Shown: positions 1 through 12,889 of the stretch, one piece after another
Position numbering within the stretch: the stretch's first letter is position 1
Layout of the letters: each line of letters opens with the position of its first letter
Source: an uncultured Gammaproteobacteria bacterium
GTDB lineage: Bacteria; Patescibacteriota; Microgenomatia; UBA8517
DNA length: 64,000 nt
Direction: 5' to 3'
Assembly (NCBI GenBank): GCA_964541395.1
Contig: CAZIPM010000006.1
Location: 7,169-71,168, forward strand
Notes under the pieces: generated by a model
Told to the model about the DNA's origin: nothing
Database searches by the model: none
What the model saw: the letters and a program-made list of their open reading frames with translations, nothing else
Made by a program: the position numbers and the translations under genes

Positions 1-37
1 TTTATCATATTTTAATTATTCTTGTTTTTTATCTAAA

Positions 38-1771
38 TTATTCCTGTGCCACTCTTAGAACCTCATCGATAGTGGTAACACCCTCAATTACTTTCATATA
101 ACCGTCCTGTTTCATTGTAATCATTCCTTCTTCTCTTGCTCTTCTATCAATTTCTGACGCAGCGGATCGCTCTAATATTAATTTACTAATAGAATCGCTA
201 ACTGGCAAGACCTCAAACATGCCGACGCGGCCATAGTAACCGGAATTGCCACATTCCTGGTCTCCTTCTCCCTTCCAGATATTGCTGTTTCTTCCTTCCG
301 GCCACAGAGGACCAAGTACTTGTTTAATATCTTCAATTATTTTTGGATCTGAAGTGTATTCTTTTTTACAGGGTTCATGAATTTTACGAGTTACTCTTTG
401 GGCCATAACAGCTGTCATAGATGATGCCAAAAGATATGGCTCTGCACCCATATCCAATAACCTGGGTAACGCACCGGAAGCATCATTAGTGTGCAAAGTG
501 GCAAAAACCAAGTGTCCGGTTAATGATGCTTGAATAGCCAAATCAGCAGTTTCCTGATCCCTGATTTCTCCGACAAGAATTACATTTGGGTCTTGTCTCA
601 GAAAAGCTCTAAGTCCGGAGGCAAAAGTTAGCCCTACTGCTGGATTTATCTGTACTTGATTTACTCCTGGGATTTTGTACTCAACTGGATCTTCCAAAGT
701 AACAATGTTTATTTTCGGAGTACTTATTCTTGATATTATTGAATATAAAGTAGTTGTTTTTCCTGATCCTGTAGGACCACAGATTAAAATAATACCGTGA
801 GGTCTTAATATTGCATCTTCAAGGTTTTTCAATGCTTTTCCCCTAAGACCTAATTCAGGAAGATCGGGGACACCTCCTGTTTTTTTAAGTAACCTCATGA
901 CTATCTTTTCACCCCAAGTTGTTGGTAGGGAAGAGACACGAAGGTCTGTGTCCTCGTCACCCACTTTAAAATTAAATCTTCCATCCTGAGGAATTCTTTT
1001 TTCGTCTATTTTCATACCACATAGAATTTTTACCCTGGAAATTAAAGCATCATGAAGTTCTTTGGGAATGGTTAATTTTTCCTGTAATATACCGTCAACT
1101 CTATATCTAACCCGGGTTGATCTTTCCTGCGGTTCTATATGAATATCGCTGGATCTTGATTTGACTGCAAATTCCAAAATGTGAGATACAATTTGAGAGA
1201 TTTTTTCTTCTCTAATAAAACTTATTTTCATATTTCCCAATGGATCAGTTTTCTTATCAGGTGCTACCTCCTTTAAGGCGTCGGTAACTTCCTGAGAAAG
1301 CGAAGTTGCGTATCTTTGTGTAACAGTATCTGCTAATTTCCTTGCTTCAACAGCTACCGGTTTGACTCTCATTCCAGTTTTACTCTCTATAAACTGAATG
1401 GCTGACAGATCCATCGGATCTGCCATGGCCAGGGTCAGAATTTTATTTGCTTTATCTACCGTTAAAGGAAAAACATTAAACCGTTCGGCTACTTCCTGAC
1501 TTAAGATAGATAAGGCTTCAGGTGAGGCAGGTACAACTGCTAAATCCTGATAGGGAATATTGTATAATGCAGCTTTAGCTTGCACCAACTGAGCTTCCGT
1601 AACCATATTCTGTTTTCTTAAGACATCCTCCTGAGTGGTTCCATATTGAACTTCACCCATCTTGACTTGTTCGGCTCTGGCAGGTGTTAAAACTTTCATT
1701 CCCACCAAGATATCAGCGAGAGTGCTACCTGAAGAATTATTTGGTGCAGAAACAGCGGTTTGATTAGGCAT
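38..1771 (-). CDS. pilB: Type IV pilus / type II secretion assembly ATPase (PilB/GspE family)
   Basis: 577 aa. N-terminal T2SS-E N-domain-like region, Walker A GPTGSGKTTT, and the conserved secretion-ATPase core (VGEIRD, LVFATLHTND). Confidence 0.85.
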   Translation of the reverse strand: MPNQTAVSAPNNSSGSTLADILVGMKVLTPARAEQVKMGEVQYGTTQEDVLRKQNMVTEAQLVQAKAALYNIPYQDLAVVPASPEALSILSQEVAERFNVFPLTVDKANKILTLAMADPMDLSAIQFIESKTGMRVKPVAVEARKLADTVTQRYATSLSQEVTDALKEVAPDKKTDPLGNMKISFIREEKISQIVSHILEFAVKSRSSDIHIEPQERSTRVRYRVDGILQEKLTIPKELHDALISRVKILCGMKIDEKRIPQDGRFNFKVGDEDTDLRVSSLPTTWGEKIVMRLLKKTGGVPDLPELGLRGKALKNLEDAILRPHGIILICGPTGSGKTTTLYSIISRISTPKINIVTLEDPVEYKIPGVNQVQINPAVGLTFASGLRAFLRQDPNVILVGEIRDQETADLAIQASLTGHLVFATLHTNDASGALPRLLDMGAEPYLLASSMTAVMAQRVTRKIHEPCKKEYTSDPKIIEDIKQVLGPLWPEGRNSNIWKGEGDQECGNSGYYGRVGMFEVLPVSDSISKLILERSAASEIDRRAREEGMITMKQDGYMKVIEGVTTIDEVLRVAQE

Positions 1772-1863
1772 TAATAATCATTATGATGGTTTTATAATTA
1801 ACTATCAAGTAACCCCTTTGACTTGACATGTTTATCATTTAAAGCTAAAAGTTAATTATTGCC

Positions 1864-4375
<2,512 letters not shown>

Positions 4376-4401
4376 GCATAATTCTAAATAGAAAAGGGGG
4401 G

Positions 4402-4650
4402 CTATTTATTTAGCGGATAATCTACATTGGGCACTGTTTTAGGGCTGGGTTTTCCATAATTAACTTTAGGAGAAGGTGAACCCACTGGTTTAAGAGTTAC
4501 TTTAGGAAAGGATTTACTGAAGCTTGCTTTTGTACCTAAGTTTAAAGCACCAGTCATGTTTAGAAAGTAAAGACTGAGCATAAAGACTGCGAATAAACCT
4601 AACAGCATCAAAAAAGAGGTATTTGAATTTTTATTATGACTTAGTGCCAT
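4402..4650 (-). CDS. hypothetical small membrane protein
   Basis: 82-aa ORF with one predicted TM segment (LMLLGLFAVFMLSLYFL); no recognisable domain. Confidence 0.3.
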   Translation of the reverse strand: MALSHNKNSNTSFLMLLGLFAVFMLSLYFLNMTGALNLGTKASFSKSFPKVTLKPVGSPSPKVNYGKPSPKTVPNVDYPLNK

Positions 4651-4681
4651 TAGTTATTTTTAATCTTAATCCTGATCATTG

Positions 4682-4906
4682 TCAATAACTTTCCACGCTT
4701 CGATTGTATACAGAAAGATCATTTATATCTTCCTGCATTTTCTCCCTCAATTTGTTAGGTATCTGTTGATTATATCTAGCATGAGTTTCGGCTAATTGAC
4801 GTTGACATAATAGAGTAATGCTGGGAGTACCTTCTGGTATATCAAATCCCAAATTTTTTAAAAATTGTGCGTCATCATCAGATGACGGTAATGGATAAAT
4901 TGACAC
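4682..4906 (-). CDS. hypothetical protein
   Basis: 74-aa ORF lying between convergent genes; no recognisable motif. Confidence 0.25.
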   Translation of the reverse strand: MSIYPLPSSDDDAQFLKNLGFDIPEGTPSITLLCQRQLAETHARYNQQIPNKLREKMQEDINDLSVYNRSVESY

Positions 4907-4969
4907 AATTTATTTTACAATTTTCCCCATTGAAAATCAATTTCTTTAAAACTAAAATCAAATTAAGAT

Positions 4970-5446
4970 ATGGACTTTAAAGTTTTTATAGAAATACCAA
5001 TTGGAGCATCTGTCAAATATGAAGTAGATGAAGAAACAGGTCAGTTAACTGTAGACAGATTTTTATTCACTGCATTCAAGTATCCTTTCAATTATGGTTA
5101 TGTCATTGGAACTAAAGGCGGAGACGGAGACCCTGTTGATGTAGTTGTATTATCTTCCGAACCGGTAGTACCGGGAGTGGTAATGAAATGTCATGCAGTT
5201 GGAGTCTTGGAATCAGAAGATGAGGCAGGAATTGATGCCAAAATAATTGCGGTCCCCGATAAAAAAGTAGATCCTTTTTATGGGGTGTATGAAAACATCA
5301 AAGATGTGCCAGAAGCTTTGCTTGCCAAAATTAAACACTTCTATGAAAATTACAAAACAATTGAGCCGGGTAAATGGATAAAAGTAAAAGAATTTAAAGA
5401 TGTTTCAGAAGCAGTTAAAGAAATTCAAACATCATTGGTAAAATAA
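4970..5446 (+). CDS. ppa: inorganic pyrophosphatase (family I)
   Basis: 158 aa with the hallmark YPxNYG-like stretch FNYGYVIGTKGGDGDPVDVVVL. Confidence 0.9.
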   Translation: MDFKVFIEIPIGASVKYEVDEETGQLTVDRFLFTAFKYPFNYGYVIGTKGGDGDPVDVVVLSSEPVVPGVVMKCHAVGVLESEDEAGIDAKIIAVPDKKVDPFYGVYENIKDVPEALLAKIKHFYENYKTIEPGKWIKVKEFKDVSEAVKEIQTSLVK

Positions 5447-5467
5447 CCAATATATTTAGGTATCCAC

Positions 5468-6079
5468 TTAAAAAAGTGAAACTTGTTTTTCTTGTATTTT
5501 TTCAATTTTAGGATATGAAAAATCTACTTCTATCTCACGAATAGTGTTCCAATAATCTTTAAAGCGAAGCTTCATATTTTTTAACCCGTAATCATATATT
5601 TCTTTGGTAAGTCTGACATCTTCTTCACAGTAGAATTTAAGGAGTCTCAAAGACTCTTTGTCTCTTTTTTGCCAATAAAGAATTGCATTTCTGGGATCAT
5701 CTGCTTTATGGTCTCCCAATGTTTCTTTGGCTATGGAGTTTAGTGAAACCCTTTTGCCGTTTACCTCTCTAATATGTTCCAAAATATCAAAGTGGGGAAG
5801 TTTTTGAAGATTAATTGAGGTGTAGGGTTTTAGAACAACTGCGTCAAAGTGTTTTGAATTAAAACCTACAATTCTGTCAGCTCGAGTAAAAAGATCCCAT
5901 AAACCGGAAAGGTCATCTTCCCAAAACGATTGGATTTTGCCTTCAATCTCTTTGAAGTTTTCATCTATTGTCCGGGAATATACCGAAACTACAGAAACTC
6001 CAAGTTTACTCGCATCAAATTCTCCAATTTCATCAAAAAAACGTTGTGTTTCAAGATCAAAAATTACTTCCGTATACAT
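5468..6079 (-). CDS. DEDD-family 3'-5' exonuclease (RNase H-like fold; PolB-exonuclease-related)
   Basis: 203 aa. Exo I FDLET, Exo II GFNSKHFD and Exo III YCEEDVRLTKEIY motifs are present. Confidence 0.6.
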   Translation of the reverse strand: MYTEVIFDLETQRFFDEIGEFDASKLGVSVVSVYSRTIDENFKEIEGKIQSFWEDDLSGLWDLFTRADRIVGFNSKHFDAVVLKPYTSINLQKLPHFDILEHIREVNGKRVSLNSIAKETLGDHKADDPRNAILYWQKRDKESLRLLKFYCEEDVRLTKEIYDYGLKNMKLRFKDYWNTIREIEVDFSYPKIEKIQEKQVSLF

Positions 6080-6129
6080 TATTGGTGTTAACCTTTTATT
6101 GAATAGTTATTATACTATACAAGAAATAC

Positions 6130-7248
6130 ATGAACTCAATTTCATATCATAAAAAATACAAAGGTAAAATTGGCACAGAATTAAAATCTCCAATAGACAA
6201 TAGATCAGATTTATCCCTTGCCTATACACCCGGAGTTGCAGAGGTAAGTCTTGAACTTTTTAAAAATCCGAAATCCGCTTCAATGCTGTCTCTAAAAAAC
6301 AATACTATAGCAGTAATATCTGACGGGTCGGCAGTTTTGGGTTTAGGAAATATTGGTGCATTCGGTGCAATTCCTGTTATGGAAGGAAAAGCAGCACTTT
6401 TTAAAAAATTTGCCAATGTCGATGCTTTTCCAATTTGTTTAACAACTCAGGATAATGAAGAGATAATTAAAATAGTTAAGTCAATATCACCAGTGTTCGG
6501 TGGAATAAATTTAGAGGATATTGAAGCACCCCGTTGTTTTGAAATTGAAAAAAGATTGGTTGGTGAGCTTGACATTCCTGTCATGCATGACGATCAACAC
6601 GGAACTGCAGTAGTAGTCTTGGCTGCATTAATAAATGCTTTAAAAGTAGTTAAGAAAGGTAAAAATGTAGAAATAATTATTAATGGATCTGGGGCAGCCG
6701 GAACTGCCGTCACCGATCTTCTTTTACAATATGGGTTTAAAAATATAGTTGTATGTGATTCAAAAGGTGCTATTTTTACCAACAGACCTGACTTAAATAG
6801 AGAAAAGAAGGAATTATCTAAAAAAACCAATAAACAATTTGAAAAAGGGAATATCCATCAATTAATTAGAAATAAATATGTGTTTATCGGGTTAAGTAAA
6901 GGAAATTTAATTAACAAATCAGATGTGATGCTCATGAAAAAAGGATCAATTATCTTCGCCATGGCTAATCCAACTCCGGAAATATTGCCAGAGGAGGCAA
7001 AATTGGGTGGTGCTAGAATTGTTGCAACAGGAAGATCTGATTTTAACAATCAGATAAATAATGTACTAGCTTTCCCTGGAATATTCAGGGGAGCTTTGGA
7101 TAATAAGGTTAGAAAAATTACCGATAAAATGTTAATCCTGGCAGCGGTTAATCTTTCAAAGTTGGTTAAAAAACCAACCGCCGAAAAAATAATTCCCAAT
7201 CCATTTGAAAAAGGAATTGTTGGGGCAGTTGCTTCAGCTATCAAATAA
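6130..7248 (+). CDS. NAD(P)-dependent malic enzyme (short form)
   Basis: 372 aa. N-terminal malic-enzyme region (AYTPGVAEV), Rossmann motif GSGAAG, and conserved NNVLAFPGIFRGALD. Confidence 0.85.
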   Translation: MNSISYHKKYKGKIGTELKSPIDNRSDLSLAYTPGVAEVSLELFKNPKSASMLSLKNNTIAVISDGSAVLGLGNIGAFGAIPVMEGKAALFKKFANVDAFPICLTTQDNEEIIKIVKSISPVFGGINLEDIEAPRCFEIEKRLVGELDIPVMHDDQHGTAVVVLAALINALKVVKKGKNVEIIINGSGAAGTAVTDLLLQYGFKNIVVCDSKGAIFTNRPDLNREKKELSKKTNKQFEKGNIHQLIRNKYVFIGLSKGNLINKSDVMLMKKGSIIFAMANPTPEILPEEAKLGGARIVATGRSDFNNQINNVLAFPGIFRGALDNKVRKITDKMLILAAVNLSKLVKKPTAEKIIPNPFEKGIVGAVASAIK

Positions 7249-7433
7249 TTTTTGGTTGTTGCAATTGAAACTAGGAATAATTTAAAATATAAGTATCGCT
7301 TGAATCCCTCGCACTATATTTCCATAAAATTTATTTTTTGTAAGTATTGTGTTAGACACGGAATATAATTCATAAATACCGGTCAGGTGATGTTAAATGT
7401 ATAGAAGGGGTTTAAATATTTAGCACAATTACA

Positions 7434-7458
7434 GGAGTCATTTATGGCTCCTTTTTTG
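7434..7458 (+). terminator. intrinsic terminator-like hairpin (ggagtca-ttta-tggctcc) followed by a T-run
   Basis: 7-bp stem with one G-U pair, then TTTTTTG. Lies about 185 nt downstream of the malic enzyme stop. Confidence 0.45.
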
Positions 7459-7529
7459 TTGGGGGAAATATAAGTATATATGATTTTTACCTATTGCAGT
7501 AAGGGGGTATTTTTTTCTAAGGTGATTTC

Positions 7530-7682
7530 ATGAGTTTTAGAATTGACGTTCATCGACTTGCTCAAGAGATGACTGAGAATAGATATGCTAAATTAGATTT
7601 AGAAGATGACAAATCTAAGGCTAGAAAACAAGAGCTTGACGATCAGGCAACCACTTTAGGGTTTAAATCAACTAAGGATTAA
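7530..7682 (+). CDS. possible 50-aa small ORF in the gyrA upstream region
   Basis: ATG is preceded by AAGGTGA 7 nt upstream. Charged helical peptide. Below the 60-aa cut-off of the ORF track. Confidence 0.2.
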   Translation: MSFRIDVHRLAQEMTENRYAKLDLEDDKSKARKQELDDQATTLGFKSTKD

Positions 7683-7860
7683 ATTGACGAATTAAATAGT
7701 CGTCAACCCAATTTACAACCGATTTTAGATGACGTCGACAAAAATATCCCTCCATCAAACCACTGGCATTATGTAGCTAAAAGTTTACGGCAAAAAGAAA
7801 AAGTCTTACGAATAAAAATCACGGGTGGAAGACTAGATTAACTTCTCATTTTACAGCTAC

Positions 7861-7889
7861 TTGTCAAACGAAATTGGGCAAGGTAGAAT
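7861..7889 (+). promoter_or_regulatory. sigma70-like promoter upstream of gyrA (TTGTCA-17-TAGAAT)
   Basis: -35 TTGTCA at 7861-7866, 17-nt spacer, -10 TAGAAT at 7884-7889, about 45 nt upstream of the gyrA ATG. Confidence 0.4.
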
Positions 7890-7934
7890 GTTCTAGGCTC
7901 ATTAGTAGAGCTATTTTTTACGTTTAAATCAAAT

Positions 7935-10550
7935 ATGGATATAGGAAAAATTCAAATAGCAGAAATCACAGCAGAACTTTCTAAATCATATCTTGACTAT
8001 GCCATGAGCGTTATTGTTTCAAGGGCATTACCTGATGTTAGAGATGGATTAAAGCCTGTTCATAGAAGAATTCTATTCGCAATGACACAATTGGGACTTA
8101 AACATTCAGGATCATTTTCCAAATCAGCTAAGGTAGTCGGAGAAGTTTTAGGTAAATACCATCCTCATGGTGACATGGCTGTCTATGATGCCATGGTTCG
8201 TTTGGCTCAGGATTTTTCAATGAGATATCCACTTGTCAGAGGACAGGGAAACTTCGGTTCCATTGACGGTGACTCAGCTGCAGCCATGAGGTACACCGAG
8301 GTTAAGTTATCTCAAATTTCGGAATGGATGCTTTCGGATATAGAGAAAGACACTGTTGATTTTATAGATAATTTTGACACCACTCTTAAAGAACCTGTCT
8401 TTCTACCTGCGCTTCTACCCAACCTTCTATTAATGGGGTCTGAAGGAATAGCTGTTGGTATGGCAACCAAGATTCCTCCACACAATTTAACTGAAGTAAT
8501 AAATGCAGTTGTTGAAACTATCAAAAAGGGAAAAGTAATCAGTGAAGCCAAATCACATGATGAAAAAACTGATTTTGTCATTAAGAAAATAAACTTGGTG
8601 GCCTCTGGAGTTGAAAAAGGATTAACTGAAGATGACGTTACTCCAGATAATTTGTCGTTTGAAACCGAATCAACAATTGAAGATATCTTAAAAAACCTTC
8701 CGGGACCTGATTTTCCTACAGGTGGAGCAATCTATGATGCCGAATCGTTACGTGAAGTCTATGCGACAGGCAGAGGCAGAATAGTTGTTAGGGGAATTGC
8801 TGAAATAACCGAAGATAAAAAAGGCAGAAGCCAAATAATAATTTCTGAGCTTCCATACCAGGTAAACAAAGCAGAATTGGTTAAAAAAATTGCTGAACTT
8901 GTAAAAGATAAAAAAATGGTAGGTATTGCAGATCTACGTGATGAATCTGATAAGGACGGAATGAGAGTGGCAATAGATCTTAAGCGCGATTCTAAACCAA
9001 AATCAGTACTAAACAATCTTTATAAACACACAAGACTTCAAGCATCTTTCCCCGCTAACTTCGTAGCTTTGGTAGATGGTATTCCCCATACTCTAAACCT
9101 TAAACAAATCATAGTTGAGTATATCAAACATCGACAAAAGGTTGTTACCAGAAGAACAATTTTTGATTTAACCGAGGCTAAAAGAAGAGCTCATATATTG
9201 GAAGGGTTAAAAATCGCCCTTGATAATTTGGATGCGGTAATAAAAACAATAAGGGAAAGTAAAACCCAAGAAGACGCCAAAAATAATCTTATTTCCAGAT
9301 TTAAATTATCTGAAATTCAATCGATTGCAATCTTGGACATGCAACTCAGACGTTTGGCTGCACTTGAGCGTGAAAAAATAGAGAAAGAATATGAAGAAAT
9401 TAAAAAGCTTATCGATGAACTTATTGCCATACTTCGTGATCCGCAAAAAGTTTTAGATATAATAGTCAAAGAATTATCCGAAATTAAGGCAAAATTCGGT
9501 GACGGTAGAAGGACAAAAATCTATAAAAGTAAGGTCGGAGAATTTTCGGAAGAAGACTTGGTGGCAAAAGCAGATTGTTTGATTACAGTTACCAGAACCG
9601 GATATATAAAAAGAGTCCCCAGATCTACATATAAAGCACAAAGAAGAGGCGGTAAAGGTGTGATTGGAATGACTACCAAAGAGGAAGATGAAATAGATCA
9701 TCTTATTTCAGCTACTACCCATGACCAAATGCTATTTTTCACCAACAAAGGTAGGGTTTTTGGTACAAAAGCTTGGGAAATTCCGGAATCGGGGAGGCAA
9801 GCCAAAGGGCAAGCTCTGGTTAATTTCTTGAATCTTGAACAGGGAGAGGAAATTAAATCAATTCTTCCTTTATCAGCAGAGCACGGTGCCAAACATCTTA
9901 TTATGGCTACGTCCGAGGGAGTTATCAAAAAGACTACCCTTAAAGAGTTCGACAACTTACGGGCGAGTGGCTTAATCGCTATTAGACTCAAAGGTACTGA
10001 TTCTCTTGTTTCTGTTCATCCAACATACGGTAATGACCATATAATGCTATTAACTCAAAAGGGAATATCAATCAGATTTCCTGAAGCTAATGTTAGACCA
10101 ATGGGCAGAGCTACAACAGGTGTTGCAGGAGTGAGATTGGATAAAGGAGATATAGTAATCGGTATGGAAGTATTCCCTGAAAAACTAGAGATACCACAAG
10201 ATAAAAGGAAAAAGATCTTCAGGGATATTTTAACTCTTTCCATTCATGGGCTAGGCAAAAGAACCAGGTTTGATTTGTTCCCTGTACAAAAAAGAGCCGG
10301 CAAAGGTGTTAAGGCATGTGTAGTTACATCAAAGACCGGAGATTTGGCCTGTGCCGCTATGGTTACCGAGAAATCCGATCAGATTGTTATAACATCTAAA
10401 AAAGGCCAGGTCATTAAGCTTCCTGTTAAAAACATCCCACAATTGGGTAGAGCCACTCAGGGAGTGATTGTGATGAGATTTGCCGATAAGGGAGATTCAG
10501 TTGCTGCAGCTACTGTTTTGGAAAAGACTAGTGATGAGGAAGAAGAATAA
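7935..10550 (+). CDS. gyrA: DNA gyrase subunit A
   Basis: 871 aa. N-terminal GyrA box region ([22 protein letters not shown]), an active-site Tyr region, a C-terminal beta-pinwheel and an acidic tail. Confidence 0.95.
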   Translation: MDIGKIQIAEITAELSKSYLDYAMSVIVSRALPDVRDGLKPVHRRILFAMTQLGLKHSGSFSKSAKVVGEVLGKYHPHGDMAVYDAMVRLAQDFSMRYPLVRGQGNFGSIDGDSAAAMRYTEVKLSQISEWMLSDIEKDTVDFIDNFDTTLKEPVFLPALLPNLLLMGSEGIAVGMATKIPPHNLTEVINAVVETIKKGKVISEAKSHDEKTDFVIKKINLVASGVEKGLTEDDVTPDNLSFETESTIEDILKNLPGPDFPTGGAIYDAESLREVYATGRGRIVVRGIAEITEDKKGRSQIIISELPYQVNKAELVKKIAELVKDKKMVGIADLRDESDKDGMRVAIDLKRDSKPKSVLNNLYKHTRLQASFPANFVALVDGIPHTLNLKQIIVEYIKHRQKVVTRRTIFDLTEAKRRAHILEGLKIALDNLDAVIKTIRESKTQEDAKNNLISRFKLSEIQSIAILDMQLRRLAALEREKIEKEYEEIKKLIDELIAILRDPQKVLDIIVKELSEIKAKFGDGRRTKIYKSKVGEFSEEDLVAKADCLITVTRTGYIKRVPRSTYKAQRRGGKGVIGMTTKEEDEIDHLISATTHDQMLFFTNKGRVFGTKAWEIPESGRQAKGQALVNFLNLEQGEEIKSILPLSAEHGAKHLIMATSEGVIKKTTLKEFDNLRASGLIAIRLKGTDSLVSVHPTYGNDHIMLLTQKGISIRFPEANVRPMGRATTGVAGVRLDKGDIVIGMEVFPEKLEIPQDKRKKIFRDILTLSIHGLGKRTRFDLFPVQKRAGKGVKACVVTSKTGDLACAAMVTEKSDQIVITSKKGQVIKLPVKNIPQLGRATQGVIVMRFADKGDSVAAATVLEKTSDEEEE

Positions 10551-10591
10551 ATATTATTTTAATTAATGTCTGAATTTTGAGTACTTCTAAT

Positions 10592-10837
10592 TCAAGGCTC
10601 TATTTCAGATTCTTCAGTTAATTCTAGAATCGTTTCTTCCATAGTAGCATCAAGCAATATTCGTGTGACTGTAGCTGATAAAGGATCATCCCTTTTTAAT
10701 GCTTCCAAAAACTGCTTTGGGTATGTATTTGCAAGTTTCAATATGGCTTCAGACGGAGTGGAAAGTCTGGCACGATCAACCATTTCCGAATTATAAACAT
10801 TATTATTGTAAATTGCAATAAAAAGTAATAAACTCAA
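10592..10837 (-). CDS. hypothetical protein
   Basis: 81-aa ORF; no recognisable motif. Confidence 0.25.
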   Translation of the reverse strand: MSLLLFIAIYNNNVYNSEMVDRARLSTPSEAILKLANTYPKQFLEALKRDDPLSATVTRILLDATMEETILELTEESEIEP

Positions 10838-10840
10838 ATA

Positions 10841-11590
10841 ATGGAAAGGGGAAGAATATTAAATTTTACAGGTTCTATTCTGGTATTTTTTCTTCTTCTT
10901 TTTCTATATTCTAAATTTGGCCCCAGTCTTCCAATTTCGGTTTTAACCCAAACCAAAGGTGATCCAATGATGGTAACTGGAACCGGAAAAGTTACGGTTA
11001 TACCGGATATAGCTAAAATAACTGCCGGTGTAGAAAAAAACGGAACCAATATAAAACAAGTTCAAAATGAAGTTAACCAAATATCTAAAACCATCACGGA
11101 TGAACTAAAAAAATTAAAAATTGATGAGAAAAACATTAAAACGATTTCGTATAATATCTACCCGGAATATGATTACAACTCACCGACTAGGGGAGTAACT
11201 GGTTACAGAATTTCAACTTCATATGAAATTAAGATAACTGACTTTGAAAAGGTAAATGATGCATTGGTTGTAGTTACCAATGCTGGAGCTAATACTGTTG
11301 GAGGAATAAATCTTGAAGTAAACGAGGAAACTAAAAAACTAAAACTTCAGGAAGCCAGAGAAATTGCAGCCGAAGAGGCTAAGGAAAAAGCAGGAAGTCT
11401 AGCCAAAGCCTCAGGAATTAGTTTAGGAAAAATAATAAATGTTTCAGAGAGCAGGGGAGTTGACTACCCAAGACCAATCTTTTTAGAAAAAGCTATAGGC
11501 GCAGGCTCTGAACCGGCTGTAGATGCAAATATTCAACCTGGTGAAACAGAATTTGAAGTCACATTAACACTCTCCTATGAAGTAAGATAG
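10841..11590 (+). CDS. SIMPL-domain protein (DUF541 / YggE-like periplasmic protein)
   Basis: 249 aa. N-terminal signal/TM, then the typical SIMPL start (VTGTGKVTVIPDIAKITAGVE) and duplicated halves. Confidence 0.65.
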   Translation: MERGRILNFTGSILVFFLLLFLYSKFGPSLPISVLTQTKGDPMMVTGTGKVTVIPDIAKITAGVEKNGTNIKQVQNEVNQISKTITDELKKLKIDEKNIKTISYNIYPEYDYNSPTRGVTGYRISTSYEIKITDFEKVNDALVVVTNAGANTVGGINLEVNEETKKLKLQEAREIAAEEAKEKAGSLAKASGISLGKIINVSESRGVDYPRPIFLEKAIGAGSEPAVDANIQPGETEFEVTLTLSYEVR

Positions 11591-11591
11591 C

Positions 11592-11777
11592 ATGTCTTAC
11601 GAATTTGCAAAGGGAAAAGGAAAAATTTTGATTGTTCCTCAGAATGGGGAAGGAAACACTACTAAACCACCACAGCGTTTGGATAGAAATGAACTTTCCA
11701 CAAGTAAACCTCAACCAACCTCAACTAGAACAGAAGCAGATAAGAAATGGCATATAACAAGAGGCCAAGCCAAATAG
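11592..11777 (+). CDS. hypothetical protein
   Basis: 61-aa ORF in the same direction, 1 nt after the SIMPL gene; basic, low complexity. Confidence 0.2.
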   Translation: MSYEFAKGKGKILIVPQNGEGNTTKPPQRLDRNELSTSKPQPTSTRTEADKKWHITRGQAK

Positions 11778-11786
11778 ATATTATTT

Positions 11787-11860
11787 TTGCTATAAAATTC
11801 AGCAAAATTAGTTATTTTGCTATAAAATTCAGCAAAATTAGTTATTTTGCTATGAAATTT
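11787..11860. repeat. tandem direct repeat, 30-bp unit (ttgctataaaattcagcaaaattagttatt) x about 2.5
   Basis: Two exact copies plus a degenerate third copy (gctatgaaattt). Sits in the convergent intergenic region and overlaps the stop of the LCP gene. Confidence 0.75.
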
Positions 11861-12837
11861 CTAATTTCGTCGTAATTATCAATTCCCGCCCTAGGAATAA
11901 GTATGTAAGCACCGTTTTGGCTTTTACTGGAAACCAAAACGTTTGCATCAGTCAGATGAACTGTATTTATTTGATAATCGTCGGGGTTGCCAAAGAAACT
12001 AAATAATGTTCTTATTTTTCCAAGTTCTAAATTAGTCTTGACCAGACTAATCATACTCTCAATTTTTTCCAAGTTCCACGGACTTTTGGCTAATGCTTTT
12101 AAGACAACAAACTGCCTCCCGCTTCGTCCAAAATCTCCGTCACCATGTCTGCTTCGGACGTATTTAAGGGCTGTTTCTCCGTTTATTTTGGTTTTTCCTG
12201 TATCGAAATGAATTGTTTCATATCTGCATTCAAATTGTTTTTCAAGATTAAATCCAGAATAATTTTGATGAAGCTCTACAATCTTGTCGTCGGATTTTCC
12301 ACAGGTTTCATTTTCCAATCCTCTTACCGGATAGAAATTGTCCGTGTATGGTTTTTCTATTTCGATCTCTATTCCTCCTAATAAATCAATTGCTTTTATA
12401 AAGCCGTTAAAGTCAATTGAAATGTAATCTCCAATTGATAATCCTGTAATGGAGGCTACAGCGTCTTTGATGGATGGGTCTTCATTAATTTTATGACCAG
12501 AAAAGAAAAAATCTCTAGGAATTGAAATTAATGCAGCTTTTTTGTCTGTTTTATTTATATGAAGAACTATAATTGAATCCATTAATCCACCACCTGAATG
12601 ACCTGCTCCTCCATGTCCCATTAGTAAAACATTAAATGAATTTGAATCCTCCGAAACCACATTACTTTCACTTTCAATAAAGTCGGTTTGCGGAGATATA
12701 ACTGGTACAGGGGATGTCTGAACTTGAGCAAATGAAGTATTTTTATCAAAAAATTTAAGATAAACAAATGAACCAAAAAACATTCCTGTTACAAAAATGA
12801 TCATAACAATAAATGGTTGTTTTGGTAGTTTCCTCAT
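11842..12837 (-). CDS. LytR-CpsA-Psr (LCP) family cell-envelope phosphotransferase
   Basis: 331 aa. N-terminal TM anchor, then the LCP core (NVLLMGHGGAGHSGGGLMDSIIVLHIN..ISIPRD). Confidence 0.8.
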   Translation of the reverse strand: MRKLPKQPFIVMIIFVTGMFFGSFVYLKFFDKNTSFAQVQTSPVPVISPQTDFIESESNVVSEDSNSFNVLLMGHGGAGHSGGGLMDSIIVLHINKTDKKAALISIPRDFFFSGHKINEDPSIKDAVASITGLSIGDYISIDFNGFIKAIDLLGGIEIEIEKPYTDNFYPVRGLENETCGKSDDKIVELHQNYSGFNLEKQFECRYETIHFDTGKTKINGETALKYVRSRHGDGDFGRSGRQFVVLKALAKSPWNLEKIESMISLVKTNLELGKIRTLFSFFGNPDDYQINTVHLTDANVLVSSKSQNGAYILIPRAGIDNYDEIRNFIAK

Positions 12838-12889
12838 CGATTTATTAGTATAACAAAAATTATAGTTTAAATTATGTTACAATTGGAAG

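Noticed and set aside
11787-11860. Possible CRISPR array
   Set aside because: Only about 2.5 directly adjacent repeat copies with no intervening spacers and no cas genes anywhere in the window; this is a simple tandem repeat.
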